Shown here: positions 21,944 to 36,110 of the stretch, one piece after another
Layout of the letters: the number at the start of each line of letters is the position of its first letter
Position numbering within the stretch: position 1 is the first letter of the stretch
DNA from: Rhodosorus marinus CCMP1338
Taxonomy: Eukaryota > Plantae > Rhodophyta
Direction of reading: 5' to 3'
Length of the DNA stretch: 64,000 bases
Assembly (NCBI GenBank): GCA_029953675.1
Contig: JAMWBK010000001.1
Span: forward strand, 496,001-560,000
The notes under the pieces: model-generated
Seen by the model: only the letters and a program-made list of their open reading frames with translations
The model's database searches: none
What the model was told of the DNA's origin: nothing
Made by a program: the position numbers and the translations under genes

Positions 21944-24900
21944 CACGTTCGACAAAGGCTACTAGTCCACTGCCGGGCGAGCGGTCGAGGGCTACACGAA
22001 ATGCTCTGCTAGAGCACCTAATCCTACGTTCCCTTCATCAATATGCACATACCGAGGACGACACTAATCAAGGACCGCCAATCCAAGTCATCACAATGTA
22101 ATATAGAATGAAATGCAAAGGAACTATCAAAACGAGCAATCGAAAAGAACTCAGAATCCGTTCCGTACGGATATTGGATCTGCTTGCACGAAGTCGCTGT
22201 TCAAACAATGGAAAGGTTTTTTCCGCGTGTCTTCGGTGAACGGGTTCACGCCAGCGAATATATTATGGAAAGCACTCCTCAAGCATCAGGAGGGGGGATC
22301 AAGTTCGGGGATAGCAACTAAGTATTCTGCGTGTCCCTTGTCACCCCAGACGTGTAGTGCTTGGTCCAGCTTGCGAAACGCAATATCCAGTGAAACCACG
22401 CGGAAGGAGACCTGACTGTCGACAGCGCTTTCGTCCGCGTAGTGTGGTCCGTGCACGTACACATTGGCCAGAGAGCAAATCTTCTTCGGACTAGTGTTTG
22501 AGGTGGAAATGGGACGTTTTTGATTTGGATGATATTCACCAGAAAGTAGAAGCTACGACCTGCCCCGCACTGCTTTCCTAAATTTCCGTTGAAAACCAGG
22601 AAAACCTGAAGACTCGATCCGCGCCTAGAACCGGCCACTCTATATCTCTGGGATACCGAGTTACATTTAATACTCCTTCACCCCTAAAAGCGATACCCAA
22701 CAGAGCGAAATTTGACAGGGGTTCTAATCGGTTTTGGTGCGATTCGAGAATCAAAATATTTTAACCAAATCCATTGGCGGGTTTTCTTTGGTCCAGAAAG
22801 TTGACCAGGGCTTGGTTTTGATGATCTTCATGTTGGGGCTGACGCTCTAAAAAGTTCTATTGAGTTGATAGGGTGTCTTCGAAAAAAGGCGCGGAATTTT
22901 TAGAGCTTCGCATAGCCCCTCTCAAGACATCATGAACTTCATCCTATAAGTTCGGCTTCTGAAACACGAAAGTGGAGGCGTCCACCTTGGCACTGTTCTT
23001 GCAACTCTTCGGTAAGTGCCATGTTAGCTTGGTTCTTGGAAGAGACGAGGGACAAGAGCTTGTGGAGTTGTCAGCCTTTTCGGCTTTCGTAGAAACGTGG
23101 GCCCGCCATGCTGATTGCCTAGGAATCAACAAATGCCATATCGAAAAAATTCGCCATCGGAGGAACGCCACATCGTTCTCAGACAACCGGTATGAAGTGA
23201 TAAAGTTAGCTATAGTGTATAGTGTTATCATTTATATCATTATCACTTCAAACTTCATCACTTCATAGGGTTCTTCAAACCGTGAACTACTACCTGCTCA
23301 AGTATTGATTGTTGGCTCTGCCGGTCGAAGCAGGGCCTTCCTAAACCCGCGAAGGAGGGGGGGGGGAGGGGATTGAAAATAAACTCAGCGTCAAAACGTC
23401 TGATTGATTATGGGGGTTACGGAAACAAGGTATCAAAACCTCTTCGAGCACGAAAGTCCTTGGTAACCTGTTCGGTCAGGAGCCAGGATGCTCCTTCGCC
23501 AGACGTGCTACACAACCAAATCAATAGGTGACTGGAAACTTCCTATTTGTAGCCTTTTGATTGGTATCCAGTCTTTTTTGAACAGGCACCTAAGCCTTCG
23601 AAACATAATATTTCTTCTGCAATACTATCTGTTTCCAATCTCCGCTGGGGAGACGCGATCGAGTTTTATTGTATTTCTTGGTGTTTTCGAGGAAACTCGA
23701 CTACGCACCAATCCGCGACACGGAACCCATCTACAAAAAAAAATTCAATGCAAATTCTTAGGTTTCCGAGCCTACAGATTTAATTGGATGTTAAGAGGAT
23801 GTTTTTGGTTCCGGCTCCGAAAGTATCAACGAATCACCGGAGAGATCGACTAATGGCCCCTAAAACAAAACAAAAGGTAGCCAGAGCCACGATGAAGATC
23901 AACAAAACTCATCCAACCCCTCCTACTCCAACCATTGCAAAACCACTGCTAGAACTAGTGAAAGCCAAAAACCTGCGCCAAAATTCCATTTTATTGAGAA
24001 GTACATAAAAGGTTCGACAAAGTCGAAGGGGTGGTATAGTCCGTGTTCAGGAAACTGCATGAACCACAAAATAGGGGAAGGGGTAGGGTAAATACGAAAA
24101 CATATTTGGCACAGTTTGCGCTTCAGAGAAAATCTTTTCGGTCCAAAGTGTCTGTGCTGTGAGATACTCTATCTACCACATACCCCAAAACATCTTCAAA
24201 AATTACCTGATTCACTACAACAATTTAAAGAAATAGGATGATTTTGGCTAAGCTTGGGATACGTCAACTCTGATTGCTGGAATAGGTATCCAATGACATA
24301 CCAGTTCTATGACAAAGGCCAGTCCAATGACAACTGTCACATCCTTTTTTAATCCATTAAAGGAAAGGTACCCAATGCGCCAATCCATTGACTACAAGGC
24401 AGATAGCTCGAAAGATTTTCAATATTCAATTTTGTGATGTTTCTCCTTGCTTTCCCTTGCGCAGCATTTCGGGGGTTGGACGGACTATCTCCCAAAATCG
24501 CAGGGAGATATTTTCCAGGCCTTAAGAAAATCTTTTAATTTAATCCGTTATTCATAATATCTACGACAAAAAAATCTATGCGTAATATCCCCGTCCGTCT
24601 TGCTTTGGGGCATAAGCTAAGGATTTTAACATCGTGCTGTAGTTGACGGTTCTATTTTCACACCATGAAAACCAATCCAAAAAAAACTCCCTGGGTTTCA
24701 GCCCTTCAATAAGTGTTGTTCAATATACGTAAATTTATTGAGTCTTTTGACAGATCAATTTATTGGTTGTCTACCCCTCATCGTTCTGGGAACGTGATAC
24801 AATTCCGGGACCACCCCCCAACCTTTCTTCGGGCGGAGCAAAGAATGAGGTCCATTCGCTATATCCGTCCCCTTTTTTTCTTCTTTCGTTCGAAGTGGTT

Positions 24901-25414
24901 TTTAGGACAACGTAAAGTTCCATACCACAAAAGGAAACCTAGGGGGTTACAACCCCTACAATAACTTCCCAAAAGAATTGCAACCCTTCGTTTCGCCGGA
25001 ATTTTGCCTCGTATTGCAAGTCGACGGAATTCCAAGTAAAAAATGGTAGGCGGGGTATTTTGTTTGCACTCCCCGGATGGTTTCCAAGCCCCATACAAGA
25101 ATTCACTGTTTTTTCGAAATAAAATATTGTCCAAAATCGATGCCCATTGTTCGTTTAATCGCCTTTTTCCCTTCTTGAGCAAAGTATTTTGTCTACTTTC
25201 TTTCGCTGACAGGAGACGGTTTTCACATCTTGCACGGACATTCTTCATAGATATATAGCTGAGCTGAAGCCCTGCATCAAACTGCAAATTGCGGGGTCGA
25301 GTTGTGGAGGACGAGGAAGCCGACAGTCCTTGGATTGGCCTTTTTCTGTGTACATTTTAACTAATCTGTTTGGTTTGGGTTGTTTGATCCTCTTGGAGGG
25401 GTGTTTTGTGAAAC

Positions 25415-26347
25415 ATGGGAGAAGCAATGACTGAAACCTGGAATGATGAGCTCAACATGATCGGCGGAGCTATGGGCGTGAAGAGCCCGGACGAGCTCGT
25501 CTCTGTGAAGCGAAGTATCTTGGACATTGTGGTGGTGCAGCAACAGAAGAGAATACTCGAGCTAGAGGAGAAGCTTAGTCGGACCAAGCAGGAGATGATG
25601 GACCTTGAAAGACAAAAGGAGAGGAAATGCAAGGATGTTGCAGCCAGTTCGCCCAACGTGAAGATTTGCACAACGAGCTCCACACCAAAGCTGAGCGAAA
25701 GAAAGCATGTCGAGGTACACGCTTCCGTTTCCACACCAAAGGTTGCGAATCCCGCCATCTCTAAGGGAAAGAGCAAGAGCGCCCCCCTGCGTTCCCCAGT
25801 GTGAGTCCTATTGAGTAATCTCGCAATTTTTTGTTATCGATTTCTGACGGCACCCTTTGCCCACAACAGGCTTAGTATGCTGCCGAGATACTGGACAGAG
25901 GAGGAGCACAGAAAGTTCTTGGAAGGGAGGAAGCTTTATGGCCCTAAGAACTACGCTGCGATATCCGCCGTAGTTGGCACAAGGACACCCAAACAGGTCC
26001 GAACTCATGCGCAGAAATACGAGATGAGACTAGTGCGTGAGAACGCGATGAGGAACTTCATGGGTTCTCGCCAAATGTTCCAGAGGCAACAGACCCAGAC
26101 CCAGACCAACCAGAAGCCACCACCGGCTGCCTACCCGCAGCCCCCGGAGAGTCCACCATGTGTCGTCCCCGAAGCATCGATGCCGCATGATTCGTTTGAC
26201 GATGCGGAGGAGTTCGACTCAACAACAAATAGTTTTTTCGAGGACCTACAAGAATCTGAAATTCCGAAGGCTCATCACGTGCTAGATGACCTAGACTGCT
26301 GCTACCTTGGAGACGGCTTCCTCGACGATGAGAAGACCTCCATGTAG
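25415..26347 (+). CDS. MYB-related transcription factor, SHAQKYF class, with N-terminal coiled coil
   Basis: Exon 25415-25800, intron 25801-25869 (GT..AG, frame preserved), then YWTEEEHRKFLEGRKLYGPKNYAAISAVVGTRTPKQVRTHAQKY. Confidence 0.9.
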
Positions 26348-26656
26348 ACGTCACAAAAACCCAGCGCAGGGAAACCAATTTTAATTTCTTGGTCTACAGA
26401 CAATTTGCGAAGCATTTTGCAATATGCGGATAATACTGATCCCGCAGTTTTGTTTGGTAATTATTTTTAGCCTACCTAACAGTCATTCTGTAGAGTGGGG
26501 ACACTGGCTCTGCGGAGCAGATGTCCCCACAATCTAATTCTTACTATTCCATTGGGAGTACCTTATTAATGATTTAAAATATTTCACAACAGTCTCGTTG
26601 CCAGCCACCGCCAGAAGAATCTGGAACTTCTTCCGAACATCCTTTTCACAGACTAC

Positions 26657-26764
26657 CGAAATGACAAACTGGCTTGCGGCGCCGGGAAGGAGCTGGCATT
26701 CCTGGAAGCACGAAATGACAAACTGCCATGCGGCGCAGAGAAGGAGCTGGCATTGCTGGAAGCC
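26657..26764. repeat. Two-copy 54-bp tandem repeat
   Basis: cgaaatgacaaactg(gct/cca)tgcggcgc(cgg/aga)gaaggagctggcatt(c/g)ctggaagc starts at 26657 and at 26711. Confidence 0.9.
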
Positions 26765-26782
26765 TTTCGAAAGACAGTTCCC

Positions 26783-28862
26783 CTATTTATGCCTTCTGCT
26801 TCGTAGCATTCTTACACAGAGCCAAGGTCTATTGTTGGGGACACGATCGTTTACAGGAATGTGCCAATAGTCCTCCGCCGCGTCGCTCTGCAACTTTTCG
26901 GCGTAGTGTCCTCCTCTGGCGTTCATTTGCATCTGTCAACGAATATGAGAGGGACCTTGTTCAACAAGACAATTTGTACGGCCAAGGCTTCGTTTCCCCG
27001 CAGGTCTACTCTTCTTGGGTAAGTTCAATCGTAGGACCACTTACTACATTCACTGCACGATCCTCATGCGAAACGCACGCCCTCGCCTTCCACTTGGAGA
27101 ACGGCCTGCTATCGACCGTCTTGGACATGTGCTCGACTACGTCGCGAAAGTTGTCGTTTGTGACAACCTTTCCATGGGAAAACCTTTGCAGTTGCCGGTG
27201 GCTCCAAAGGGCTATGTACCTATCGAACGAAAGCCACCGAAAGAGCGAGAAAAAAAATCGAACAGGGGAGGTGAGCCTACGCTGCTGCAAGATTAGATGA
27301 TTTATGTGAAGGTAGGATTTCGCTTACAGAATAACGGAATCATCATTAAGCTGTGAAGGAACGTAGACCACGGACTTTCCGGCGTCTATCAAACGTCGCA
27401 TAACCGGGTTCATGCCTTCGCTGGCAACAAAACAATGCGACTGCCCGTTCGCATCACACTGAATAGAGATCATAAACAGTTTGTCCACATTGTTCTCAGT
27501 CTGTTTCTCAAAGCCTTTGTCGTAGCAGACGTTCGCGGAGTCAATCACTACTTCAAATGGCCCAACTGTGGCCAACCACTTGTCAAGATTTTCAACATAT
27601 GTCCTGAGAAGTTGACCTGTACCAAAGAATACATAGCACTCTGCGTGCTGAGCCGACAGCAGCTTTGGCGCGAGTTCGTGTGTCCTACCTCTGAACGCTA
27701 CTTTCTTCAGCGCGTCGATGAACGCATCGAGATCGCTCGTATCAACTGCCTCTTCGGCAAGAGCCGTGCTACACTCTGGACATTTTCCAGCCAGGCCCAT
27801 CTCGCTGATGAATTTGACCTCGCAAATCTTCGAGCGCTGCGCTGCAGCGAGGATGTTCAGAGCCTCGGCTCTGGAGAACAGTGGGTTGTCCGCAGAGGTC
27901 TTCAAGTCACGGAGATGACGAAACAATTTGAGAGTAGCGGTGCTGTTCTCAGACCGAATCATGCTCAGCACGAACTCAAAGTAGTCTCCTGCGGTGAATT
28001 TGACTCCGGCGTCCGCAGCGTTCTGTACAGATGAAAAGCAGCGGGCACAATGTGAGCCTAGCTGGGAGGTAGTTGAGATTCTTCTTCGGATGGAATACTT
28101 CCATCAGACCTTCAAAGCGTCGAAAAAGAGCACGGTATTTCCTGCTTCTAACGAAGCCTCCAGAACCGGTAGGTACAACCGGCGCTTGATCGTTACGCCT
28201 TCCTCCCTCAAGAGCTCAAGAGTGTCACTTGTAGCTTTTGCTGAGCTATGCTTGGCTGCAAGTTGTATGAGGATCGTGTTCTCGGCATCACCAAACTTTG
28301 GTAAAGTACGATTCTCCTTTGTTGCGTTCTTCACCTGACGGAGGCGTTCGGGTGAGGAGCAAACGATCTGATCAGAACTCGGCGCAAAAAAGTTAAATCC
28401 ACTGCTGGATTACCTTCATCGCTTCCGTGAAAGCCTTGGGCTCATCTGCTGTCCTTAACGCCACCATGACCCTGCGCAGCCCCCAACCCTTAACGCTGCC
28501 CTCTTCCGTACTCCTCCAGAACGCGTCAAGGGCCTCTTTGACATCTATCGTGTGTGCAAGGTTCCTGGCCTCACGCGGAATACCCTTGACAGCCTTCGCA
28601 CGCATGTTGGTGAGCAAAAAAAACCTGAGTATCTCAACGCATTCCTCTTGCATCCATCAGAGCATGCATCCTCGTCGAAAGTGGAAGATACGAGCCGCGG
28701 CAAGCAAAGTTTTGACCAGATCTTTAAGAATCCAGCAACGATGAAATCCAAACTCACGCCTCGCTTGCTCTTTTTCCGAAACACACGACAAGCGGATGCG
28801 GTCAAACGTGTTCCACGGCCGAAGCTCCTTGCCTCAACTCGATCAGCATCGAAGACGATCAA
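26783..28862 (-). CDS. PRORP: Protein-only RNase P (PRORP): PPR-like helical region plus NYN metallonuclease, multi-exon; 5' end uncertain
   Basis: Spliced motifs in order: KCPEC (Zn), FEVVIDSAN, LNDDSVIL|YIAL, KVVTNDNFRD, FSKWK, and terminal exon DYWHIPVNDRVPNNRPWLC ending at TAG 26783-26785. Helical repeats lie upstream (27971-28653). Confidence 0.85.
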
Positions 28863-30115
28863 TTAGGGTTTCGAACACCAGACAGCATCCAATACGGGAT
28901 CTAATTCTAATCGACAGAAATATCCGAAACGAAGCTCTACCACGTGATGCCTATGGCCTGTCTTCACCTACAAGTACCGCCCTCCCCACCAGGATCGAAT
29001 CGTTGCAAAACCGTCCACCGCACCTATGGAGTTGATTACCGGTGTCCATTTCGGAATGTCATTTCTGGTCCTTGGTATGGATCTGTTGGAATCGAGAATA
29101 TTGTGCCGTCCATCAAAGGAAGTCCAAAAGTGCAGGGGATTCAACAGCACGTTCACGTCGGGGAAACGGCAGCCTTTGCTCGACTGGCAATGAAAACGAG
29201 GGGTGTTGATTACACTCAAACTCAAATAAAATTATAAGCTTCACGCACTTTTTTGAATAATTATTTTCTCTATTCATAGGCCCCGCAACATGATTACGTG
29301 CATTCATTGGCTTGTCTTATTTTTTTATCCAATTATCATATGTACGTATCTTTGGTAATATTTTATTGGATAGGTCCTATTTCTGTTAGCCAATGATGTA
29401 CTGTAGAGGATGGTTTGACGTTGTGCGAGAGGAGCATTGGAAAGCTTTTTTTCGACACTGGATGGGGTTAGCGGAGGACAAGATTTGAGAAGACGAATAA
29501 GAGTCGCTATAATAGCTCATTTCCATCCGCAAATGGCTGGAAACTTCAGGCCAGGGTCTCACGGAAGGTGCGGTATGCATCCTCCCTGCGGGTGGATGCA
29601 TACCTCACAATTCTTTGTGGGAAACCCGTAAACTGGAGACAATCAAAGCCATGATAGTCCTCTGGAAATGTGCTAACATCCAAAGAGGCTCAACTTTGTG
29701 AAACACACCTTTAGGTTGTTCTGTGCAAGAGCTGAGTTCCCTCCAATCCGAGAGACGGAAACGGTCCTTGTCGCCGACGGACCTCCGCCCAGTTAAAAAG
29801 CATAAGTTTGCTTTTAATAGTAAAGAAACTTCTATTCGGCCTACAGCACCTCAAAGAAAGTCATCTTGCTCACATATTGGTTTGCATATAAATTACTCGA
29901 TGCGGGAAGCAAAGAGCTTTCAGGTTCATCTTCGAGCCCACATCAGCTTCGCCCATGCGGGGTTCTTCTCGTGCAGCGAATCTCTCCAAGTCTCGAAACG
30001 GTGCAACCTTTTGAGAGAAAAACTTTTTTTGTTTTCGTTTTCGACTGCTCTTGTGTTACCATTCAATGTGGATTTGCGTTCGAAACGAATGCTCCGCGGA
30101 ACGAAACGGGAATTG

Positions 30116-30592
30116 CTAGTGTTTCTCCCCCACTTTCTGCTTCTTCGGGGCGCTGCCTCCTTCCAGCTTCGATATTCGCTTATCAAGAGCCAGAACAACC
30201 ATCTGTAAAGCTGTTATCATATTATCTTGATCCAGTAGATGTCCCTCACCTCCCTCCCTGGATGCATCACCCAAACGATATATTTGAATCGCATCCAGGT
30301 CCAGGGAATACAAACCCTTCAATAACTCGACCTCTGTCGGGAGCTTCAAGTACATCTTCCCAACATTCAGAGAACACCTCTTACACTTGAGGTCATTGTA
30401 AGCTGCGCCATCCTCCACTCCTCCCTTTACTATCTTGACTTGTTGTACAGAAATTTCCACCGAGCTCACCCTTTTCAGCGCCAAGCGACGATTCTCAGTG
30501 TCCGAAATTGTCAATGTAAGCGAGTCCCCCAGAATCTCACGACATCCAACACACTGATACACACAAAGCGTCCTCGTCTGTGCTCCTACCAT
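30116..30592 (-). CDS. MIS18: Mis18/Yippee-family centromere licensing protein
   Basis: VYQCVGCREILGDS ... LKCKRCSLNVGKMY gives two CxxC pairs, followed by a C-terminal coiled coil and a basic tail (PKKQKV). Confidence 0.8.
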   Translation of the reverse strand: MVGAQTRTLCVYQCVGCREILGDSLTLTISDTENRRLALKRVSSVEISVQQVKIVKGGVEDGAAYNDLKCKRCSLNVGKMYLKLPTEVELLKGLYSLDLDAIQIYRLGDASREGGEGHLLDQDNMITALQMVVLALDKRISKLEGGSAPKKQKVGEKH

Positions 30593-31552
30593 GATCTACC
30601 AACAATGAACAAAACCTCTTGCCCAATACGGAAAGAAACCCTCCACCCCCCACAGCACAACAGCCCTCTCCGCAAAGCCTTTCAAATAGAATATCTGACG
30701 AGGCAGTCTTCAAATCATACCCGAGACGATAATGACGGAGACAGTCGCCAAAAAGAAAACAACGAGGAGCTCGCAAAAGCAACCGGTATCCAAGCGGGAA
30801 AAGCCTCCTCGAACTGGAAACCCCAATCCCATCCCCAACCTTTAATCCCTCAGCGCTCTACTGGCAACCACCCCACCGATTGTGAACTACATGACAGCCT
30901 TTGCTACTGAAGAAGGTCGATATGAAGGCCGCAACCCCACCTGAACGAAACCTGCTTGAAGAAGATAGAGCACCATGTAATTCTGTCCCGCCTTCAAATC
31001 GTTACTGGTGGGTAAAGTTTTAATGGACATGCTTAGGCTGGGGGAGTGTGCGGGGAATTTTGTCCCTTTTGTTACTTTAGTTTTCACAATCCTCTGAGCC
31101 TGGCATTACCTCTATGGCCTGTTCGAAAACCCGTGACACATCATGAACCAAGGCGAGAATGTATGTCTCAGTAGGTTCCCTTGCCTGTCGCGTGGATCCA
31201 TCATATTCAATTCAGCGAAGCTTTTCGGGTTCTCTGTTCTTCGATAGATAATGGAAATCTACAGGTGGAGGGGACTCCTGCAGCAAAAGCGACTAAGGTT
31301 GGTTCTGGCGGAGCCGAGTTCGGGTTCCGCTGGTTCCTTTTTAAGGCGTTACCCACCTCTCGTCCTAATCCGAAAATAGTCCAGAGTCGGTATCCACATC
31401 TTGGTATCTACATGTTAGTTTAAGAGGACCCGTCGAAACCCATCAACGGGTTGCACAACTCATTGACTGGCTCTCGATACGCATGCTCCGGGCTTTAATG
31501 GAGGGCACAGGTGAATAAATAACTAGTTTGAGTCCGTGAATTCGGGCATTGA

Positions 31553-33136
31553 TTACTGTACGAGTTGGAGCTTCGCAGCGAATTCCGGTGGAGGCCTCGT
31601 TCTCGGTGGCTCTGGGCGTTGTCCCAACAGGCCCAGTTGACCGCATGCTGCCATCTCGTCCGGCCCTCTGCTCGATCGATAGGTTGTAGCAACCCCTAAC
31701 TCTTCAAGTATTCCTTGGAGCTGGAGAGCTCGCTCATTGGGCACTGGTCTGAACTCAGACTTATCATGGGGATTGAACTGGATGAGGTTAACCTGATGGT
31801 ATTCGGCAACACAGCACCAGGCATCCAGTCAAAATAGGAAACGCCACAGAGAAGCACTGGTATTCTATAATCAACGCTAGCACACCTTTGAAGGGATCTT
31901 CTTGATGAGCCTCGCAATTCGAGTGGCGTCCTCATCAGCATCATTCACTCCAGCGAGGAGGACATACTCGAAGGTGACCAGCTTCTTATTCTCCCCGGAT
32001 GACGCAGCCTCCTCTAAGGCCTTCATGAGTACGTTAAGAGGATACTTCCTGTTAATCGGCATGATCCAGTTTCGTACTTCATCGGTAGTTGCGTTGAGGC
32101 TCACAGCCAAGTTCGCTCTACATTCCTTCAATACCATAAGAACCACAACTATGTGAGCAGACGAAAGAGTCGACGTCGATTTGCAAAGTGCTAAATGCAA
32201 ACGCGCCAGCAAAAAGCAGAATGGATGTACATCCAGAGTCACAACTGCTATTTTCAAGGGTGTTCAGAAAGTCTCAAGATTCTCATTTCGAGGTGAAGAA
32301 AACAAGAAACCCTCGAGGGATGGCCCGTGTAGACATACTTTGAAAAATCTGGGAATCTGTGACGCTACTCCAGAGGTAGATACCGTAACCTTCTTGTGGC
32401 TCATATTCAGCCCAGCCTTTGAAGTCAGTATGTTGCAGGCTCGAATGACGTTGTCAATGTTCTTGAAAGGTTCGCCCATTCCCTACAAAGCATTTCCAAA
32501 TTTTCGTCGCGCTTGAGAAGATCAGAGGGTTTCGTGATAGATCCTATTCAGCGAAATTTTTACCATAAAGACGATGTTGGAGATTCTGCGTTGGTCACTG
32601 TCAAAACGCCTCTTTGCGAGGATGGCCTGGTCAAGTATCTCGGCCAAAGTGAGGTTCCTCAAGAAACCCATTTTCGCTGTGTAGCAGAATTGGCAGTTGA
32701 GCGCACATCCAAGCTGGCTGGAGACACAAAGCGTCGTTCTGTCTTCACTTGGGATCCAGACCGATTCTATCCTTCCGCCCTGTCTCGGGTCAAAAAGCAA
32801 TTTCTTGGTCCCATCCCGAGACTCATGAACCGAGGTCAGTGAAATCTCACTCAATACAGTCGTCCGTTCTAGTTTGCTGCGAAGCGCCTTAGGCAAAGAC
32901 GTCATCGATTCAAACGAGCCCGCTAGAAGCTCAGGATTGTACATCCAGTCCCACAGCTGCTTTGCTCGAAACTTCCTCTCGCCCAAGGAAGTCAAGAACG
33001 TCCCTAGTTCTTCCCGGGACATATTCTTCAGCACCACTTTCTCGCCTGGGGTGCTCGATAACTCATCGCTCCTCAAAAACCGCTTGCTGCTGGCCTTCAG
33101 ACCACGCCAAGAAACTGTGGAGCTTGTAACTTTCAT
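31553..33136 (-). CDS. rlmN: Radical-SAM RNA methyltransferase RlmN (probably organelle-targeted), multi-exon; 5' end uncertain
   Basis: RAKQLWDWMY, DGTKKLL, TLCVSSQLGCALNCQFCYT (CxxxCxxC), NIVFM|GMGEP, VTVSTSG, LAVSLNA, VTFEYVLLAGVND, SRGPDEMAACGQL. Confidence 0.93.
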
Positions 33137-34325
33137 CTGCTCTCACCGCGACTCAGCAGTACCCAAGTCAGAGCATCATCGGCGGGCCCACCACTCACGT
33201 GGACAAAAGCACGAACGCAACGGGAGAACGAGATCAGTTATGCTCCCTTGGTTCAGAGCACTATTGCTAGCACCAAACTGGACACCGCCCTTGCTTTCTT
33301 AAAGGCCAGATTTCTTCCTAGTCCGAACCTAAGTCCTATCCTCTCCCACCCATCGTGCCAAAGAGCTTACGCGCATGCATATACCCATCAAACAGATAGA
33401 AACGGGATACAAATGCCACCCACCCAATTCAAGGCAATTTTCCCAGCCAATATAAGATGGCAACTGTTCCGGATCCTAGTCCACCAGATTTTCTGGCCAT
33501 ACCAAACCAGCTAATATTACCGCACTCAGTTCAACATAATTCCGGGGCAACACCGGGACCAATGCTCCAGACGGCAGGAAGCGGCGACCTCGTCTCCTCA
33601 TTGCTGCGGGGTCAAGTGAACCGGAGCCCGTACATGGCCCAGCTCACCGCTTTTTCCTCGCTAATGTTGTCGAACACGAGTCAGCACGGCGCTCTCGCTA
33701 AAATCGGGCCACCGCTCCGGACTGCAGATCGGTCTAATTCGGCGGCCAAAGCTGCCATTGTTACCCGGCCTCCCTGCAGTTGGCAATGTGAACAATCCTG
33801 CGTTTGCTTGAAACAGCAAGCTGCATATTGCTCAGCAGGACAACGGGTTCCAAGCAGTTCGTTTTTGAGCTGCATCATGCTAACATCCTACTAGGAAATA
33901 AAAAACCACCGGTTCCCCTGTGTGGAGAATGGACGGCTGGAGGCGGGCTTCGTCTGCCGTTTCTATTTCCTTTCACGAACGACCAGTAACCCCAGCCGCT
34001 AGTCGGACAGAAGGGTCGTCCTCGATTTCCGGTTTCTCCGTTCACAGTACTTGAGTGTCAAGCTAGAAAACATCTGTTTGTTGACGTCGTGTTCTTCTGT
34101 ACTCAACTGGGCGAGAGCGGAATAGATGACTTGCTCGGGTGCAGTGTTTACTCGACTCGTTCTCTTGATGTGGTGCACGCCACCCCAGGAATAAGAAGGT
34201 TAGGACGTGCACGACAATTCGACAAGAGACAGAAAAATACTTTCATGACGTAGGGGATACTACAAAGCAGTCATAGCGCAAGCAGAGCATGACCGTTGGG
34301 TGCTGTATTGAGCTGCTTCACGGAT

Positions 34326-36110
<1,785 letters not shown>

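Noticed and set aside
22113-25287. Several 80-140-aa ORFs with vague LINE-like words (e.g. LANVYVHGP)
   Set aside because: No ordered set of endonuclease or RT motifs could be established. Probably decayed TE sequence, but not supportable as a feature.
26657-26764. Short direct repeats here and at 12170, 458 and 49087 as possible CRISPR arrays
   Set aside because: Each has only two copies, no unique spacers and no cas genes, and the context is eukaryotic.
29866-30910. Long plus-strand ORFs (174 and 156 aa)
   Set aside because: They are largely antisense shadows of the Mis18 gene and its flanks.
33457-33894. 145-aa ORF between rlmN and enolase
   Set aside because: It has no domain signature and no splice-consistent extension, and competing frames on both strands look equally random.
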